DNA of 63,676 nt, the filler included, from Octopus bimaculoides (Eukaryota), in the NCBI RefSeq assembly GCF_001194135.2. It is 5 parts of 5 records of this genome, joined end to end, with 100 filler letters (N's around TTAATTAATTAA, not from the genome) between each part and the next. Parts side by side here need not be neighbours in the genome. Positions count along the whole stretch, not along the records: positions 1 to 26,815 come from NC_068988.1; positions 26,916 to 52,877 come from NC_068996.1; 3 more parts are not named here. One strand, written 5' to 3'. Below, one piece after another: positions 24,577 through 36,685 of the stretch. A program made the translations under genes and the position numbers. Below the pieces are notes generated by a model. That model had not been told where the DNA came from. It made no database searches and worked only from the letters and a program-made list of their open reading frames with translations. Numbering within the stretch: the stretch's first letter is position 1; the number at the start of each line of letters is the position of its first letter.

Positions 24577-26011
24577 GTACAGTATATACTTATATACATA
24601 CATAGTATACCATACATTCATGCATCCATTGAAATTCGAGAACTTTCTAGATTCATATATCCTTTGCTTGGTATTAATAAATATATTCTGTTTCCTCTAA
24701 GTTAAAAGAAATCAGAAACACGCAGCGATTGGCCAGAAAGTCAAACAACATCATTGTGACAGCAAATCAAACGACTCCTTAATATATCAATTTCAAGTTT
24801 CTGTATTCTTGGATTTGCACACATGACATAAGTTAGATTAAGCCCATGTATATATTTCAACGTCCATTCATACACTTCAATGACATACAAACGCACGCAC
24901 GCACACACACACACATATATATATATATATGTATATGTGTGTGTGTATATATATATATATGTATGTATGTATGTATATATAGATAAATATGTATGTCTAA
25001 ATATATATGATTGTATGTGCGTGCGTGCATGCGTGTGTGTGTGTGTGTGTGTACATATATATATGTGTCTGTATGACTATACCTATTTTTATATGTACGA
25101 ATGTGTATATATAAATATGTAAATATGTACGAATGTGTATATATAAATATACATATGTTTATATGTATGAATGCGTGTAAATGTATATGTATATATATGT
25201 ACATATATGTATGCGTGAACATATATGTATATCGGTGTGTGTGTATGAGAGAGAGAGAGAGAGAGAAAGAGTGAAAGAGTGCAGATGCGTATTTCCGCTT
25301 ATACACGCATATCTATAATTGGTAAATATATGTACGCGTGTGGCGGGAGGCATACATATACGGAAACATAGATGTGCGTGTGCATGTGTATATATGTGTG
25401 TATGTGTGTGTTTGTGTTTGTGTGTATGTGTGTGAGTGTATGTGTGTGTAGATTGTGTATGAGCAAAACCATCAGATGTGTGGTATTTGCCCTTTTTTGA
25501 TACTTTATGTTCCGCGATCAAATCCCGACGCATTCATCTTGGCTTTTCCTTTTTCCGGGACCGAAAATATCAAATACTGTTTCATGTATCCATTTGCATA
25601 CATACATGTATGTAAATNNNNNNNNNNNNNNNNNNNNNNNNNNNNNNNNNNNNNNNNNNNNNNNNNNNNNNNNNNNNNNNNNNNNNNNNNNNNNNNNNNN
25701 NNNNNNNNNNNNNNNNNNNNNNNNNNNNNNNNNNNNNNNNNNNNNNNNNNNNNNNNNNNNNNNNNNNNNNNNNNNNNNNNNNNNNNNNNNNNNNNNNNNN
25801 NNNNNNNNNNNNNNNNNNNNNNNNNNNNNNNNNNNNNNNNNNNNNNNNNNNNNNNNNNNNNNNNNNNNNNNNNNNNNNNCAGATATGTGTAGATATATTT
25901 ATATGCATGTGCATATATATTCTCTTCATATATGAATTTATATATACCGTGATACAAATAATAAACATGTGTTGAATTATATATGTATATATGTGAGAAT
26001 ACACACACACG

Positions 26012-26069
<58 letters not shown>

Positions 26070-26815
26070 CACACAACGAAATGATATGATTCAGTCATAT
26101 TTCTTTGATTGATCTTTTTATTTCCCACATTTCATAACACCATCTGCAAAGAAACAGTTCAGCCTATTGCATTTGTCATTCGCACCTTGATTTACCCATA
26201 ATCCTTTTGCAGCGAACTTGCACGTTGATCTTGTAATCTGTTCTCTCAGATTATGACCTCTTACATAAATCTCGTTTGTAACTCAAAGTAATATCACAAT
26301 TTACTTTGATGTTGAAAAACACAATATGTTTCTTTTCCGTTTTACACCTTGTGTGTTTAGTTCTGATAAGAACATTACGTGTACATGTGTTCAAATATGG
26401 CGCTTATACTGACATGTATGTACGAGCGCATGTTATTTATACGACATATATAAGCATATATATATATGCGTTATTTTATTGGTGTTTTTTTTTCTCTTTT
26501 GGCATCGCTCTCTGTGTGTTTTGAGATCCGTACATTTATTTGTTTATTATATTATCTGTATACTTCTGTATATAAATATTATGTTCATTGTCGTTTTTAT
26601 ATAGGCATTGCTATATTATATAAGATCGTGTGTGAATGTATATATTAGATACTGATTGTTATATATATAAACGTCTCTCTCTCTCTCTCTCACATACACA
26701 CACCTTATATATAAGAAAAACAGTCAGTGTGTGTATGTATGTGTGTATGTATCATAAATATCATATATTATCATGTATATATATATGTATGTATATATGT
26801 AAATATATATATATA

Positions 26816-26915
26816 NNNNNNNNNNNNNNNNNNNNNNNNNNNNNNNNNNNNNNNNNNNNTTAATTAATTAANNNNNNNNNNNNNNNNNNNNNNNNNNNNN
26901 NNNNNNNNNNNNNNN
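26816..26915. other. Artificial assembly linker: 44N + TTAATTAATTAA + 44N
   Basis: Exactly 100 bp; identical constructs at 52878, 58840 and 61145. Confidence 0.95.
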
Positions 26916-27237
26916 TTCTTAACTATATTTTATCTGTAGAACCCCTTTGATTACTATTTTATTCTGATGGACCCCCTTGGCTATTCGTTATTTAAAAACT
27001 AGTTTAAAAACTTCTTTCAAAATTCCTATTTTGTTTTTCAAACATTAACTTGTGTAGGTTGAAGTACGTAAAATGTTAGAGAAAGGCACTTAGATGATTC
27101 TTGCAATACCATACCAATACATACATCTAAAGCAAAGTGTTTTCAGGGACCCTAAAAATACTGTTGTGGATCCCCAATTTATTATTTTGTTGCATGGATC
27201 CCCAAAATCTTCTATTGAGCCGGATGAGGACCACTGC
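26916..27237 (-). mobile_element. hAT/Charlie-type MITE, copy 2
   Basis: Collinear with 49764-50069 and with the reverse complement of 7645-7990; ends ggatgaggaccactg. Confidence 0.8.
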
Positions 27238-27466
27238 TTTAGTGATTAGGATGGTTATGGTTTTGTTTGGTTTCCCCACGAGTAGTCCGTTTAAATCTTC
27301 CTCTCCTTACAGGAATTATTCGTTGTTAGAATTTATTGCTATTGTTACTCCTGTATTTGCACACTCTTTCATGTAAATCCACATTGTACCATCCTGTGCC
27401 ATCCTAAGTATATTTCGTAAGCCCCTAGTGGTTAATCCCAGAAAACATAGTCGTTGTTTTCGTTAT

Positions 27467-27700
27467 AAGGTCGCAAGCTGGCAGAATCACTTGCAGTGCC
27501 AGGCAAAATGCTTAGCAGCATTTCATTCGTCTTTATGTTCTGAGTCCAAATCCCACCGTGAGCGACTTCGTCTTTCATCCTTTGGCGGTCGATCAAACAA
27601 GTACCAACGGAACACAGGGGTCAATGTAATCGAACCAAATAACCTCCACTCCTACCCTACCCTTAAAATGAGCTGGCCTTGTGCCAAAATTTGAAATTAT
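27467..27700 (+). mobile_element. SINE family B
   Basis: aaggtcgcaagctggcagaatc...aaatgcttagcagcatttc...gttctgagtccaaatccc...ggccttgtgccaaaat. Confidence 0.85.
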
Positions 27701-27873
27701 TATTGTTGGTGTTGTTGCGTTTGTTCAAAACTAATTTCTAGTACTTATAAAGAACGGTTGAGATAAAACTAATTACTTTGTGTGATTTCTAGAAACAGTA
27801 AATCTCTTAAATTTGGATAAAAAAAACTTCCAAATCAGACATTACTGTATTATATTATACGTCACTCTCTCTC

Positions 27874-27929
<56 letters not shown>

Positions 27930-28235
27930 CTTGTCTTTTTATTGTTTTACATTAGTGTCTTTTCTAATGCTTACTTTATCAGTCATATGTGTTATCCAAT
28001 TAACAGTACTTATAGAATACAAAATACCGCGAGTGTATATCTGTTTATGTGTTTTGAGTGTGGTGGTGGTGGTGTCGGTGTGTGTGTGTGTGTATATACA
28101 CATATATACATTTAGATATATACATGCACACACACATATACGTACATGAGCACATACATGCATGCATATGTACACACACATGGGGTGAGCCAAATGTCAC
28201 ACACCAAAGCATTTGACATTTTATTTCGTTATTTT

Positions 28236-28357
28236 TATTGCCTAGGTCGACCTTACCTTCCATTCTTTTGAGGTCGATGAAATAAGTACCAGTTGAACAC
28301 TGCCGTCGATGTAAGCGACTTATCCCCTCCACCGAACTTGCTGGCTTTGTGCCAAAA
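28236..28357 (+). mobile_element. SINE family B, 3' part
   Basis: ggtcgaccttaccttccattc...aagtaccagttg...ccttgtgccaaaa running into a (TAT)n tail. Confidence 0.75.
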
Positions 28358-28369
28358 TTATTATTATTA

Positions 28370-28431
<62 letters not shown>

Positions 28432-28611
28432 GTTCAGTAGTTTTATTTTTATAACGTGCTTTCACTTCACTACCGAGCGCAGCTCTGTGTGCCTTGGGTA
28501 TGTGCTGTGGATTGCTGTGGTGCTCTTATGTTTACTGTATTGAAAGTGTTTTGCGTAGGATGTGTGCAGTGCCCAGTAGTGCGATTTTCTGTATGTTATA
28601 TATATTTGTAA
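28358..28611 (-). mobile_element. 3' end of an R4/Dong-type (RLE) non-LTR retrotransposon with (AAT)n tail
   Basis: Minus-strand translation TNIYNIQKIALLGTAHILRKTLSIQ* (stop 28532-28534) matches the QK..LLGTA.ILR.L C-terminus of RLE-type LINEs; about 100 bp of 3' UTR, then about 24 AAT units. Confidence 0.7.
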
Positions 28612-29189
28612 NNNNNNNNNNNNNNNNNNNNNNNNNNNNNNNNNNNNNNNNNNNNNNNNNNNNNNNNNNNNNNNNNNNNNNNNNNNNNNNNNNNNNNNNN
28701 NNNNNNNNNNNNNNNNNNNNNNNNNNNNNNNNNNNNNNNNNNNNNNNNNNNNNNNNNNNNNNNNNNNNNNNNNNNNNNNNNNNNNNNNNNNNNNNNNNNN
28801 NNNNNNNNNNNNNNNNNNNNNNNNNNNNNNNNNNNNNNNNNNNNNNNNNNNNNNNNNNNNNNNNNNNNNNNNNNNNNNNNNNNNNNNNNNNNNNNNNNNN
28901 NNNNNNNNNNNNNNNNNNNNNNNNNNNNNNNNNNNNNNNNNNNNNNNNNNNNNNNNNNNNNNNNNNNNNNNNNNNNNNNNNNNNNNNNNNNNNNNNNNNN
29001 NNNNNNNNNNNNNNNNNNNNNNNNNNNNNNNNNNNNNNNNNNNNNNNNNNNNNNNNNNNNNNNNNNNNNNNNNNNNNNNNNNNNNNNNNNNATTTCCCGT
29101 AGAGGCCGGCTGCCTACTTCTTTTTTATTTTCTACGGTTATTTACCCGATTTTCTAAGTTACCTTCACAGCCATCTTGCGTTCTGGAAT

Positions 29190-29302
29190 TCTTAACTATG
29201 ATGGCGACGACGACGACGATGATGCTGGTGCTGCTGATGGTGGTGGTGGTGGTGGCGGCGGCGGTGGTGGTGGTGGTGGTGATGATGATGATGATGATGA
29301 TA
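29190..29302. repeat. Compound GAC/GAT/GGT/GGC trinucleotide repeat
   Basis: Direct inspection. Confidence 0.85.
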
Positions 29303-29736
29303 TGCGAAGAAGCAGTGAATGTGGTTAAAAAGTAAGTAGTACTGTAGGATACATTAGAAATAACTGAAATGGTTTATAGTCCTCGATTTCAAAGACCACG
29401 AGTTGCGAAAAATAATGCACGGCAAGTTAATATACTGCCGCCATCAGTTTAGTTTTTCATCTGTCAAGAGTCGATAATAATCAAAGTCAAACATTTAGGG
29501 ATCGATTTTGTTTGTTTTTTTATCGATACTTTCTATTCTCCAAACTTGTGTGGCTCCGTTGCCCAAGTTAAATAAATCAATAAATTAACAATTTATTAAT
29601 TATTAAAATAATTTATTGATTAATAAATATATTTATCAATCAATTTCAAATTAACAATAAGTAACTAAATAGGAATAATAGTCTGCGTTGAATTTAGTAT
29701 GTTACAATATTAACTGTTTGCAAATTGTATGCATGC

Positions 29737-29818
<82 letters not shown>

Positions 29819-29897
29819 TCTTTTATCCTCTTTTTTTTTTTTAATTCCTTTAGTAGTTTTAGTTGCAACACAGCCTTAACATATATATGAGCTAGAC

Positions 29898-30205
29898 CAG
29901 GGGTTCTGAACCGGGTTCCACACGGACCCTGGGGATCCATATAAGATTTGGGGCGTGGGATCCACGGTAATTTTTCAGAGACCATGAAAAAATTGTACGT
30001 CAGACCAGTAAAGTTTAGGTGAAATAAATTGGTTTTACGTCCATAATACACAAAATATTTTAACAATTAGTTTTATACAATTCCTAATAATATTTGATTA
30101 TAAAAATACAATAGGATTTTTTTAAACATCGAATGGCTATGGGGGTCCACCCAAGTAAAATAAGAATCAGAAGTCTCCATGGGAAAAAATGGTTGAGAAC
30201 TCCGG
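29898..30205 (+). mobile_element. hAT/Charlie-type MITE, copy 3, with perfect 8-bp TSD
   Basis: TIRs caggggttctgaacc / ggttgagaactccgg; AGCTAGAC at 29890-29897 and 30206-30213. Confidence 0.9.
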
Positions 30206-30249
30206 AGCTAGACGATAAGAAATTGAGACGATGAATAAAAACAAAACAA

Positions 30250-30470
30250 CTCAATCTTCCTGGTGTATAGGTCAGCTCTAACCAAATAGAAGCTATGATC
30301 AAAAGCGTTCCAGTCACGACTATTCTGCCATTTTTCTGTATCAAACATGGTTCTTTCGGGGTTTTTTTTAAACACTTTAAAGTGGGAATTTGAGTAATAA
30401 AGTATGGTTTGAGCTGTGAGTTGTGGTTTGGATAGTGAGGTGTGGTTTGACTACCTAGCAGCAGAGCTTG
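30250..30470 (-). mobile_element. SINE-like family D fragment
   Basis: aggtcagctctaacc...atgatcaaaagcgttccagtcacgac...gtgtggtttg, similar to 52978-53140. Confidence 0.5.
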
Positions 30471-30541
30471 TACAAGTGTTCCTTTAGCTCCCGGGAGTGA
30501 AGGAGAGGTATTCAAAAGTCAAAAAGCTGTGCGTGTGTGAG

Positions 30542-30602
<61 letters not shown>

Positions 30603-31235
30603 CACNNNNNNNNNNTGTGTGTGTGTGTGTGTGCGCGCACGCGCACCTCTTATTCTCGTCCCCTTACCGTTTGACAGCCAGTGTTGCTTTTATATTCCCG
30701 TCATTTAGAGGGTCGGTAAAAGGCTCTGTAGAGAAAGTACACGCTTTTATAAATGTAAATACTGCGATCGATTTATTCGATTAAGTTCTTCGAGACGGTG
30801 CCCCAGCATGACCGCATTTCAATGACTGAAATATTTTAAAAGAATATGTATTCAGATTTTTTCATTTTACTTTATGCTGTTAATAATTAAAAGCTTTCAC
30901 TAACGTTAATAAAAACCCAATTGTACTGACTAATACAGTCACATATATCTTAACATATATTGAGTTATGATGTACCGTTATATTAACGCATTTCTCGGAT
31001 CTTTTTTAAAACGGGGGCCACATTTTTCATTAACGAAACACTTTGAAAATTGGAACACTGGTAGAATGTGTCATATAAAACATCTTTTTCTCTTAGTCTT
31101 CTTAAAAAAAAAAGAAATCCATAAATTATTCCATGTTAAAGTTGTCGTATTTCTGTAATTTCAACCAATCACTGACGTCCATTCAGCCGATATACATTAA
31201 GTGCCGACTACATAAACAAACGATTCTGAAACAAT

Positions 31236-31261
31236 TAACCCTAACCCTAACCCTAACTCTA
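31236..31261. repeat. Short (TAACCC)n telomere-type run at a gap edge
   Basis: taaccc x3 + taactc + ta, followed by about 950 N. Confidence 0.6.
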
Positions 31262-32231
31262 NNNNNNNNNNNNNNNNNNNNNNNNNNNNNNNNNNNNNNN
31301 NNNNNNNNNNNNNNNNNNNNNNNNNNNNNNNNNNNNNNNNNNNNNNNNNNNNNNNNNNNNNNNNNNNNNNNNNNNNNNNNNNNNNNNNNNNNNNNNNNNN
31401 NNNNNNNNNNNNNNNNNNNNNNNNNNNNNNNNNNNNNNNNNNNNNNNNNNNNNNNNNNNNNNNNNNNNNNNNNNNNNNNNNNNNNNNNNNNNNNNNNNNN
31501 NNNNNNNNNNNNNNNNNNNNNNNNNNNNNNNNNNNNNNNNNNNNNNNNNNNNNNNNNNNNNNNNNNNNNNNNNNNNNNNNNNNNNNNNNNNNNNNNNNNN
31601 NNNNNNNNNNNNNNNNNNNNNNNNNNNNNNNNNNNNNNNNNNNNNNNNNNNNNNNNNNNNNNNNNNNNNNNNNNNNNNNNNNNNNNNNNNNNNNNNNNNN
31701 NNNNNNNNNNNNNNNNNNNNNNNNNNNNNNNNNNNNNNNNNNNNNNNNNNNNNNNNNNNNNNNNNNNNNNNNNNNNNNNNNNNNNNNNNNNNNNNNNNNN
31801 NNNNNNNNNNNNNNNNNNNNNNNNNNNNNNNNNNNNNNNNNNNNNNNNNNNNNNNNNNNNNNNNNNNNNNNNNNNNNNNNNNNNNNNNNNNNNNNNNNNN
31901 NNNNNNNNNNNNNNNNNNNNNNNNNNNNNNNNNNNNNNNNNNNNNNNNNNNNNNNNNNNNNNNNNNNNNNNNNNNNNNNNNNNNNNNNNNNNNNNNNNNN
32001 NNNNNNNNNNNNNNNNNNNNNNNNNNNNNNNNNNNNNNNNNNNNNNNNNNNNNNNNNNNNNNNNNNNNNNNNNNNNNNNNNNNNNNNNNNNNNNNNNNNN
32101 NNNNNNNNNNNNNNNNNNNNNNNNNNNNNNNNNNNNNNNNNNNNNNNNNNNNNNNNNNNNNNNNNNNNNNNNNNNNNNNNNNNNNNNNNNNNNNNNNNNN
32201 NNNNNNNNNNNATATATATATATATATATAC

Positions 32232-32392
32232 ATATATACGACGGGTTTCTTTCAGTTTCCGTCTACGAAATCCACTCACAAGGCTTTGGTCGGCCCGAGG
32301 CTATAGTAGAAGACACTTGCCCAAGGTGCTACGCAGTGGGACTGAACCCAGAACCATGTGGTTGGCAAGCAAGCTACTTACCACACAGCCAC
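32232..32392 (-). mobile_element. SINE family A, 5' half
   Basis: cgacgggtttctttcagtttccgtctacgaaatccactcacaaggctttggtcggcccgagg...accacacagcc. Confidence 0.9.
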
Positions 32393-33050
32393 ATATATAT
32401 ACATACACGCAATCATAGCTCACCCAGTATATATTATGTTGGATAGAGCTGAGCTTTATAGTTAATAACTAAACATTTTGATAAAATAAGTAAAGAAAAT
32501 GGAGAGATTAGTAGCCATTGGTTAATATAATATTTATTAGAAAAATGTCTAGTTTGAAAAGTTTCTAAGACTCCAGAGTGACCAGTCAATCAATCGATAA
32601 TCAATCAATCAGTCAGTCAACCAATCATTCAATGAATCAGTCTGTCAGTCAATGAGTTAAATATTGATTGATAACAATGATGTCTATTTGGATAATTGAA
32701 TATGTTGGCCAAGAGAATGATGGCAATGTTGGTACACACTACATTTAAATCATTTTAGGAACATAAAATAATAGCAACGAAGATATATTTTCTTTAGGTG
32801 TGTATATCTGGTTAGCTGACATATCAGATGTATTTTATTATATAATTCTTAAACGTTTGAAAATGCTTCGCTGAATTTTCTTTAACTTATATCTTAGGTA
32901 AATTAGGTTTAGCTTATTATTGGCTCTAGCCATGTCTAACTTAATAACAACACTCTATTGAGTTGTTTTAAAGTCATATTTAAGGACCTCATTGCCCTTT
33001 TCAAAGCAGAGAGTTGTTGTCTGCCGAGATGTATCCAAGTTGGAGTTGGG

Positions 33051-33121
33051 TGGATCGATTCGGTTAGCTGTGCTGCACTACTCCACAGTAAGTTTGATCT
33101 TGTGTACAGTTTAAAAGAAAT
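33051..33121 (+). repeat. Left arm of a roughly 70-bp inverted repeat (partner 35007-35078)
   Basis: tggatcgattcggttagctgtgctgcactact...tacagtttaaaagaaat vs the partner's reverse complement tggatcgattcggtcggctgtgctgcactact...tacagtctaagagaaat. Confidence 0.75.
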
Positions 33122-33122
33122 A

Positions 33123-34184
33123 TCTCTCTCTCTCATATATATATGAGAGTGCATGTATGTGTATAGCCTCGAAAAACTCTGAAACGGGGCATCCTCGAGA
33201 AAAATGGATTTGGCTTTCAAAATCTACGTCGCAAAGATAAGGCTTTCGGTAAACAATAATCGAAAAAATTTGATACGAGAAATAACTCAACTTTTAGATC
33301 ACTAAATCTCCTTCTTTTTATCTGTCACATTTGTCTCTCTCTCTCTCTCTGTCTTTTATACTCCCCCTCTCTACATATTTACTCTCTCACTCTTTTCTCT
33401 GTAGATGTATATTTCTCACACATACTGCTCCTCCTCCTTCTCCTCCTCTCTCTTTCTCTCTCTATCTCTCTTTCGTGATATGACATGTAATTGGATACAT
33501 TTTGTTTAAAATTTAGTCGCTGTAATGTTTACTTCCCTTTTTAGATATCACACAGAAAATGCTAGCTTCCAAATCCTGTTTCTCGATTCGATAAAAATTA
33601 TCGAACTTTAAACGTCTGTAACATTTTCCTGAATTTTTTTTTCTGGAATAAAGGAATCACAAAATCAGATTCAGTGTGAAAAATTACATCAGTATACCAA
33701 ATTTGAAAATTTTCACTTAATTTCAAAATTTCAAAATTTGTGACAGCAACAAAAATTATCCCTTCTTTTTATGTATCCGTTTCCTAGCATAGGATGCATC
33801 GATTAGATGATAAGCGCACAAGTGCCTCTGTCGCACAGACTCAGGAGACGACGTCCCATTTCCATTCAAACGACTTCAATTTCCAGTGAGTCTTAGTTTT
33901 ACCATGCCTACCGACAAATCGCAAGGGCAAGCATTATCGGTTGCTGGTTTACTCCTTGAAGATCCCTGCTTCACCTATGATCAGATTTATGTAGGATATT
34001 CAAGGGTTGGAAGTAAAGCAAATCTCTACATCTATGCACGAAATGGAAAAGCAAAAACAAACTTTGTTTATCGTGAAATTATAAATTGCCCCAAATAATA
34101 CCGAAACATGTCCTGACCAAGAGGCCTTCAAGGCATTCTATTGTCAAAATTGTCCGGCAACAATAGGCTGGCCTACTCAGCTAG
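33123..34184 (+). mobile_element. Internally deleted Helitron
   Basis: 3' end taggc-tg-gccta hairpin (34164-34175) + CTAG (34181-34184) followed by T; PIF1-helicase C-terminus inside. The 5' A|TC at 33122/33123 is inferred. Confidence 0.7.
33847..34098 (+). pseudogene. Helitron RepHel PIF1-helicase C-terminal fragment
   Basis: DDVPFPFKRLQFPVSLSFTMPTDKSQGQALSVAGLLLEDPCFTYDQIYVGYSRVG...NFVYREI matches the Helitron motif FKRLQFPV.L.FAMTINKSQGQ....CF.HGQLYVA.SRV. Confidence 0.9.
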
Positions 34185-34463
34185 TATTCATACATACGTA
34201 CGTACATGCATGCATGAATGCATGAAGTTTCGGTGCTTTGTCTGATATTTCTTGAATGAATTTTTTCAGGCACCGTCTCACAGCTGTGGTCTCTTGTTCT
34301 TTGATTTATATAGGAATAATGTTGAATAATGTAAAGTTGTTATGTGATGTGAACTCGATTTTTGTAGGTGATTGGGAATGGTTTTAGGTCTAAGCCTTCA
34401 TTTATTTGTAAACTTGATATTGGCATTATTAGGACACTGTTGATGGCAAGAATTTTATTTAAC

Positions 34464-34868
34464 AGGCGCAGGCGTGGCCGTGTGGTAAGAAGCTTGCTTC
34501 CCAGCCACATGCTTCCGGGTTCAGTCCCACTGCGCGGCATCTTGAGCAAATCCTATAGACGCTGGCCGACCAGACCAAAGCCTTGTGAGTGGATTTGGTA
34601 GACGGAAACTGAAAGAAGCCCGTCGTATATATATATATACACATATGCATGTATGTATGTGTATATGTGTGTGTTTGTGTATCTGTGTTTGTTCCTCCAC
34701 CATCGCTTGACAACCAATGTTGTGCTTACGTCCCCGTAATTTAGCGGTTTGGCAAAAGTGACGGATAGAATAAGTACTAGGCTTTAAAAAATAAGTCCTG
34801 GGGTCGATTTGTTCGACTAAAAGTGGTGCTCTAGCATGGCTGCAGCCAAACAAGTAAAAGAATAAAAG
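34464..34868 (+). mobile_element. SINE family A, full length (tRNA head + CORE-like centre)
   Basis: A box tggccgtgtggt, B box gggttcagtccc, internal microsatellite, tail ggggtcgatttgttcgactaaa...aagtaaaaga. Confidence 0.9.
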
Positions 34869-35006
34869 AATTTGTTGACAGTGTTATGACAATTTTTTTA
34901 GTTAACATGAAACCTCCGACTTTTCAATGGAATTACGATCGAATAGTTCTCACATTAATTCCTCTGCTTGCAGGTTGTCATTTTTTATATATAAAAAAAA
35001 ATATTG

Positions 35007-35078
35007 ATTTCTCTTAGACTGTATATAAGGTCAGACTCTAAATGGAAGTAGTGCAGCACAGCCGACCGAATCGATCCA
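35007..35078 (-). repeat. Right arm of the roughly 70-bp inverted repeat (partner 33051-33121)
   Basis: See partner arm. Confidence 0.75.
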
Positions 35079-35179
35079 TGTATATTACTAATACTTACCT
35101 TATGAACTAAGCTCAAATGAAGTGATATTGTCCTTGTTGATATTTGAACTAGAAACATAATCAAACAGAAATAAAATAC

Positions 35180-36244
35180 TGCAAATCATGCTAAGACGAC
35201 GCCATATTGCCTCCGTCGTATTTTAATGAATATTTGTACAAAATAACTGATTTGTATTAGGTTATCAGATAAATTCGTTTGTTTTCCCCTCGCCTACTTT
35301 GCACACTATCTGAAAAAGAGAGAAAAATTTATTCAGATTTCAAAAGTGATTAACAAAATTTGTAAAGGAAGAACTACAAAAAAAAAAAGATTACAATCAA
35401 GAGCCTACTTCCAGTTGTAATTGTCGAGACCCAGAAACTTGTCCATTCGACCAGGGGTGCATAATTAAATCCGTTATATTTGAGTAAGAAGTTGCAGCAA
35501 CGCTAGATGATAACATAACCGAAACGAAGAGTCATATTGAGTTAATTATGTGAAGACGACTTCAGAAATCGCTATACTAGCCACTAAGTTGGCTAGCCAC
35601 GTATGGGGTTTGAAGTCTAAACCATACGCAACATAGAATGAAGTAGAAAACTGTTGAAAATCCATGCCATATGTTAATGGATCAATAAAAAGCAAGCTAT
35701 GCGTAGCTGAATATCGCAGATCCTTTTCAGATCAAGGATCTCCACTGCACTGCTGAATTCCAGATCTGAAATTTTCAGCGGATGTAAAGATATGACGCAG
35801 AAGAAGCTGTGTGGTAAGAAGCTTCCTTCTCAACTACATGGTTCAGGTTTCAGTCCTACTGCGTGACACCTTCTCTTCTAATATAGCCTTGGGCCGACCA
35901 AAGTCTTGTGAGTGAATTTGGTAGACGGAAACATGAAAGAAACCCGTCGTATATGTATATGTGTGTCTTTGTGTCTATGTTTGTACCCCACTACCAATTG
36001 ACAATCGGTGTTGGTGTGTTTACGCCCCTGTAACTTAGCGGTTCGGCAAAAGAGAACAATAGAATAAGTATCAGATTTAAGAAAATATAAGTCCTGGGGT
36101 CGATTCAGTCAACATTCAAAAATTCTTCAAAGCGGTGCTCCAGCATGACCGCAGTCTAATGACAGAAACAAGTAAAAGATAAAAGATATGGATAAGTTCC
36201 TGTTGGCGAACTGGAAAATACCACTCTCTCTCCGAATTGAGTAG
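35180..36244 (+). pseudogene. Penelope-like retroelement linker + GIY-YIG relic, interrupted by a SINE
   Basis: EPTSSCNCRDPETCPFDQGCIIKSVIFE*EV...CEDDFRNRYTSH...SHVWGLK...PYVNGSIKSKLCVAE...LNSRSEIFSGCKDM[SINE]DKFLLANWKIPLSLRIE*; multiple stops and frameshifts. The start coordinate is approximate. Confidence 0.8.
35795..36181 (+). mobile_element. SINE family A with 9-bp TSD AAAGATATG
   Basis: TSD at 35786-35794 and 36182-36190; removing the SINE rejoins the PLE reading frame. Confidence 0.9.
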
Positions 36245-36595
36245 CTGTACCGTAGGCCTTCTTATGACTTTGTAATCAAAGGGGACATAACTCTAATGCA
36301 TCCACTTTTTTCCGCTTTCTTTTTTCTTGTTTTTCCTTTTCCGGGGTTTCCATCCTCCCGCCTTTTCTCGTATTTTCGTGAGCACAGCCCGAAGATTACA
36401 TGAAGGCGCCAAACGTGTTGCAAAATGTAGCCTCTGTCTTTTTATTGCATGAAACTATTAGTAACTTATAAAATATATATATTGTGTTTATTCAACAATA
36501 TTTATCTCTCACAAAATGGAGGACTTTTTTTTGTTGATGTTACCTTCAGGGAACAGTATACTCTCTATATATATGTGAATATATGTGTGTGAGTG

Positions 36596-36685
<90 letters not shown>

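Noticed and set aside
29190-29340. Asp/Gly repeat followed by aaa|GTAAGT donor-like site
   Set aside because: A typical trinucleotide tract; the Asp/Gly frame stops before the donor.
34464-34540. tRNA-like A/B boxes in SINE heads (also 11469, 52611, 53383)
   Set aside because: No complete cloverleaf and each continues into a SINE body; not tRNA genes.
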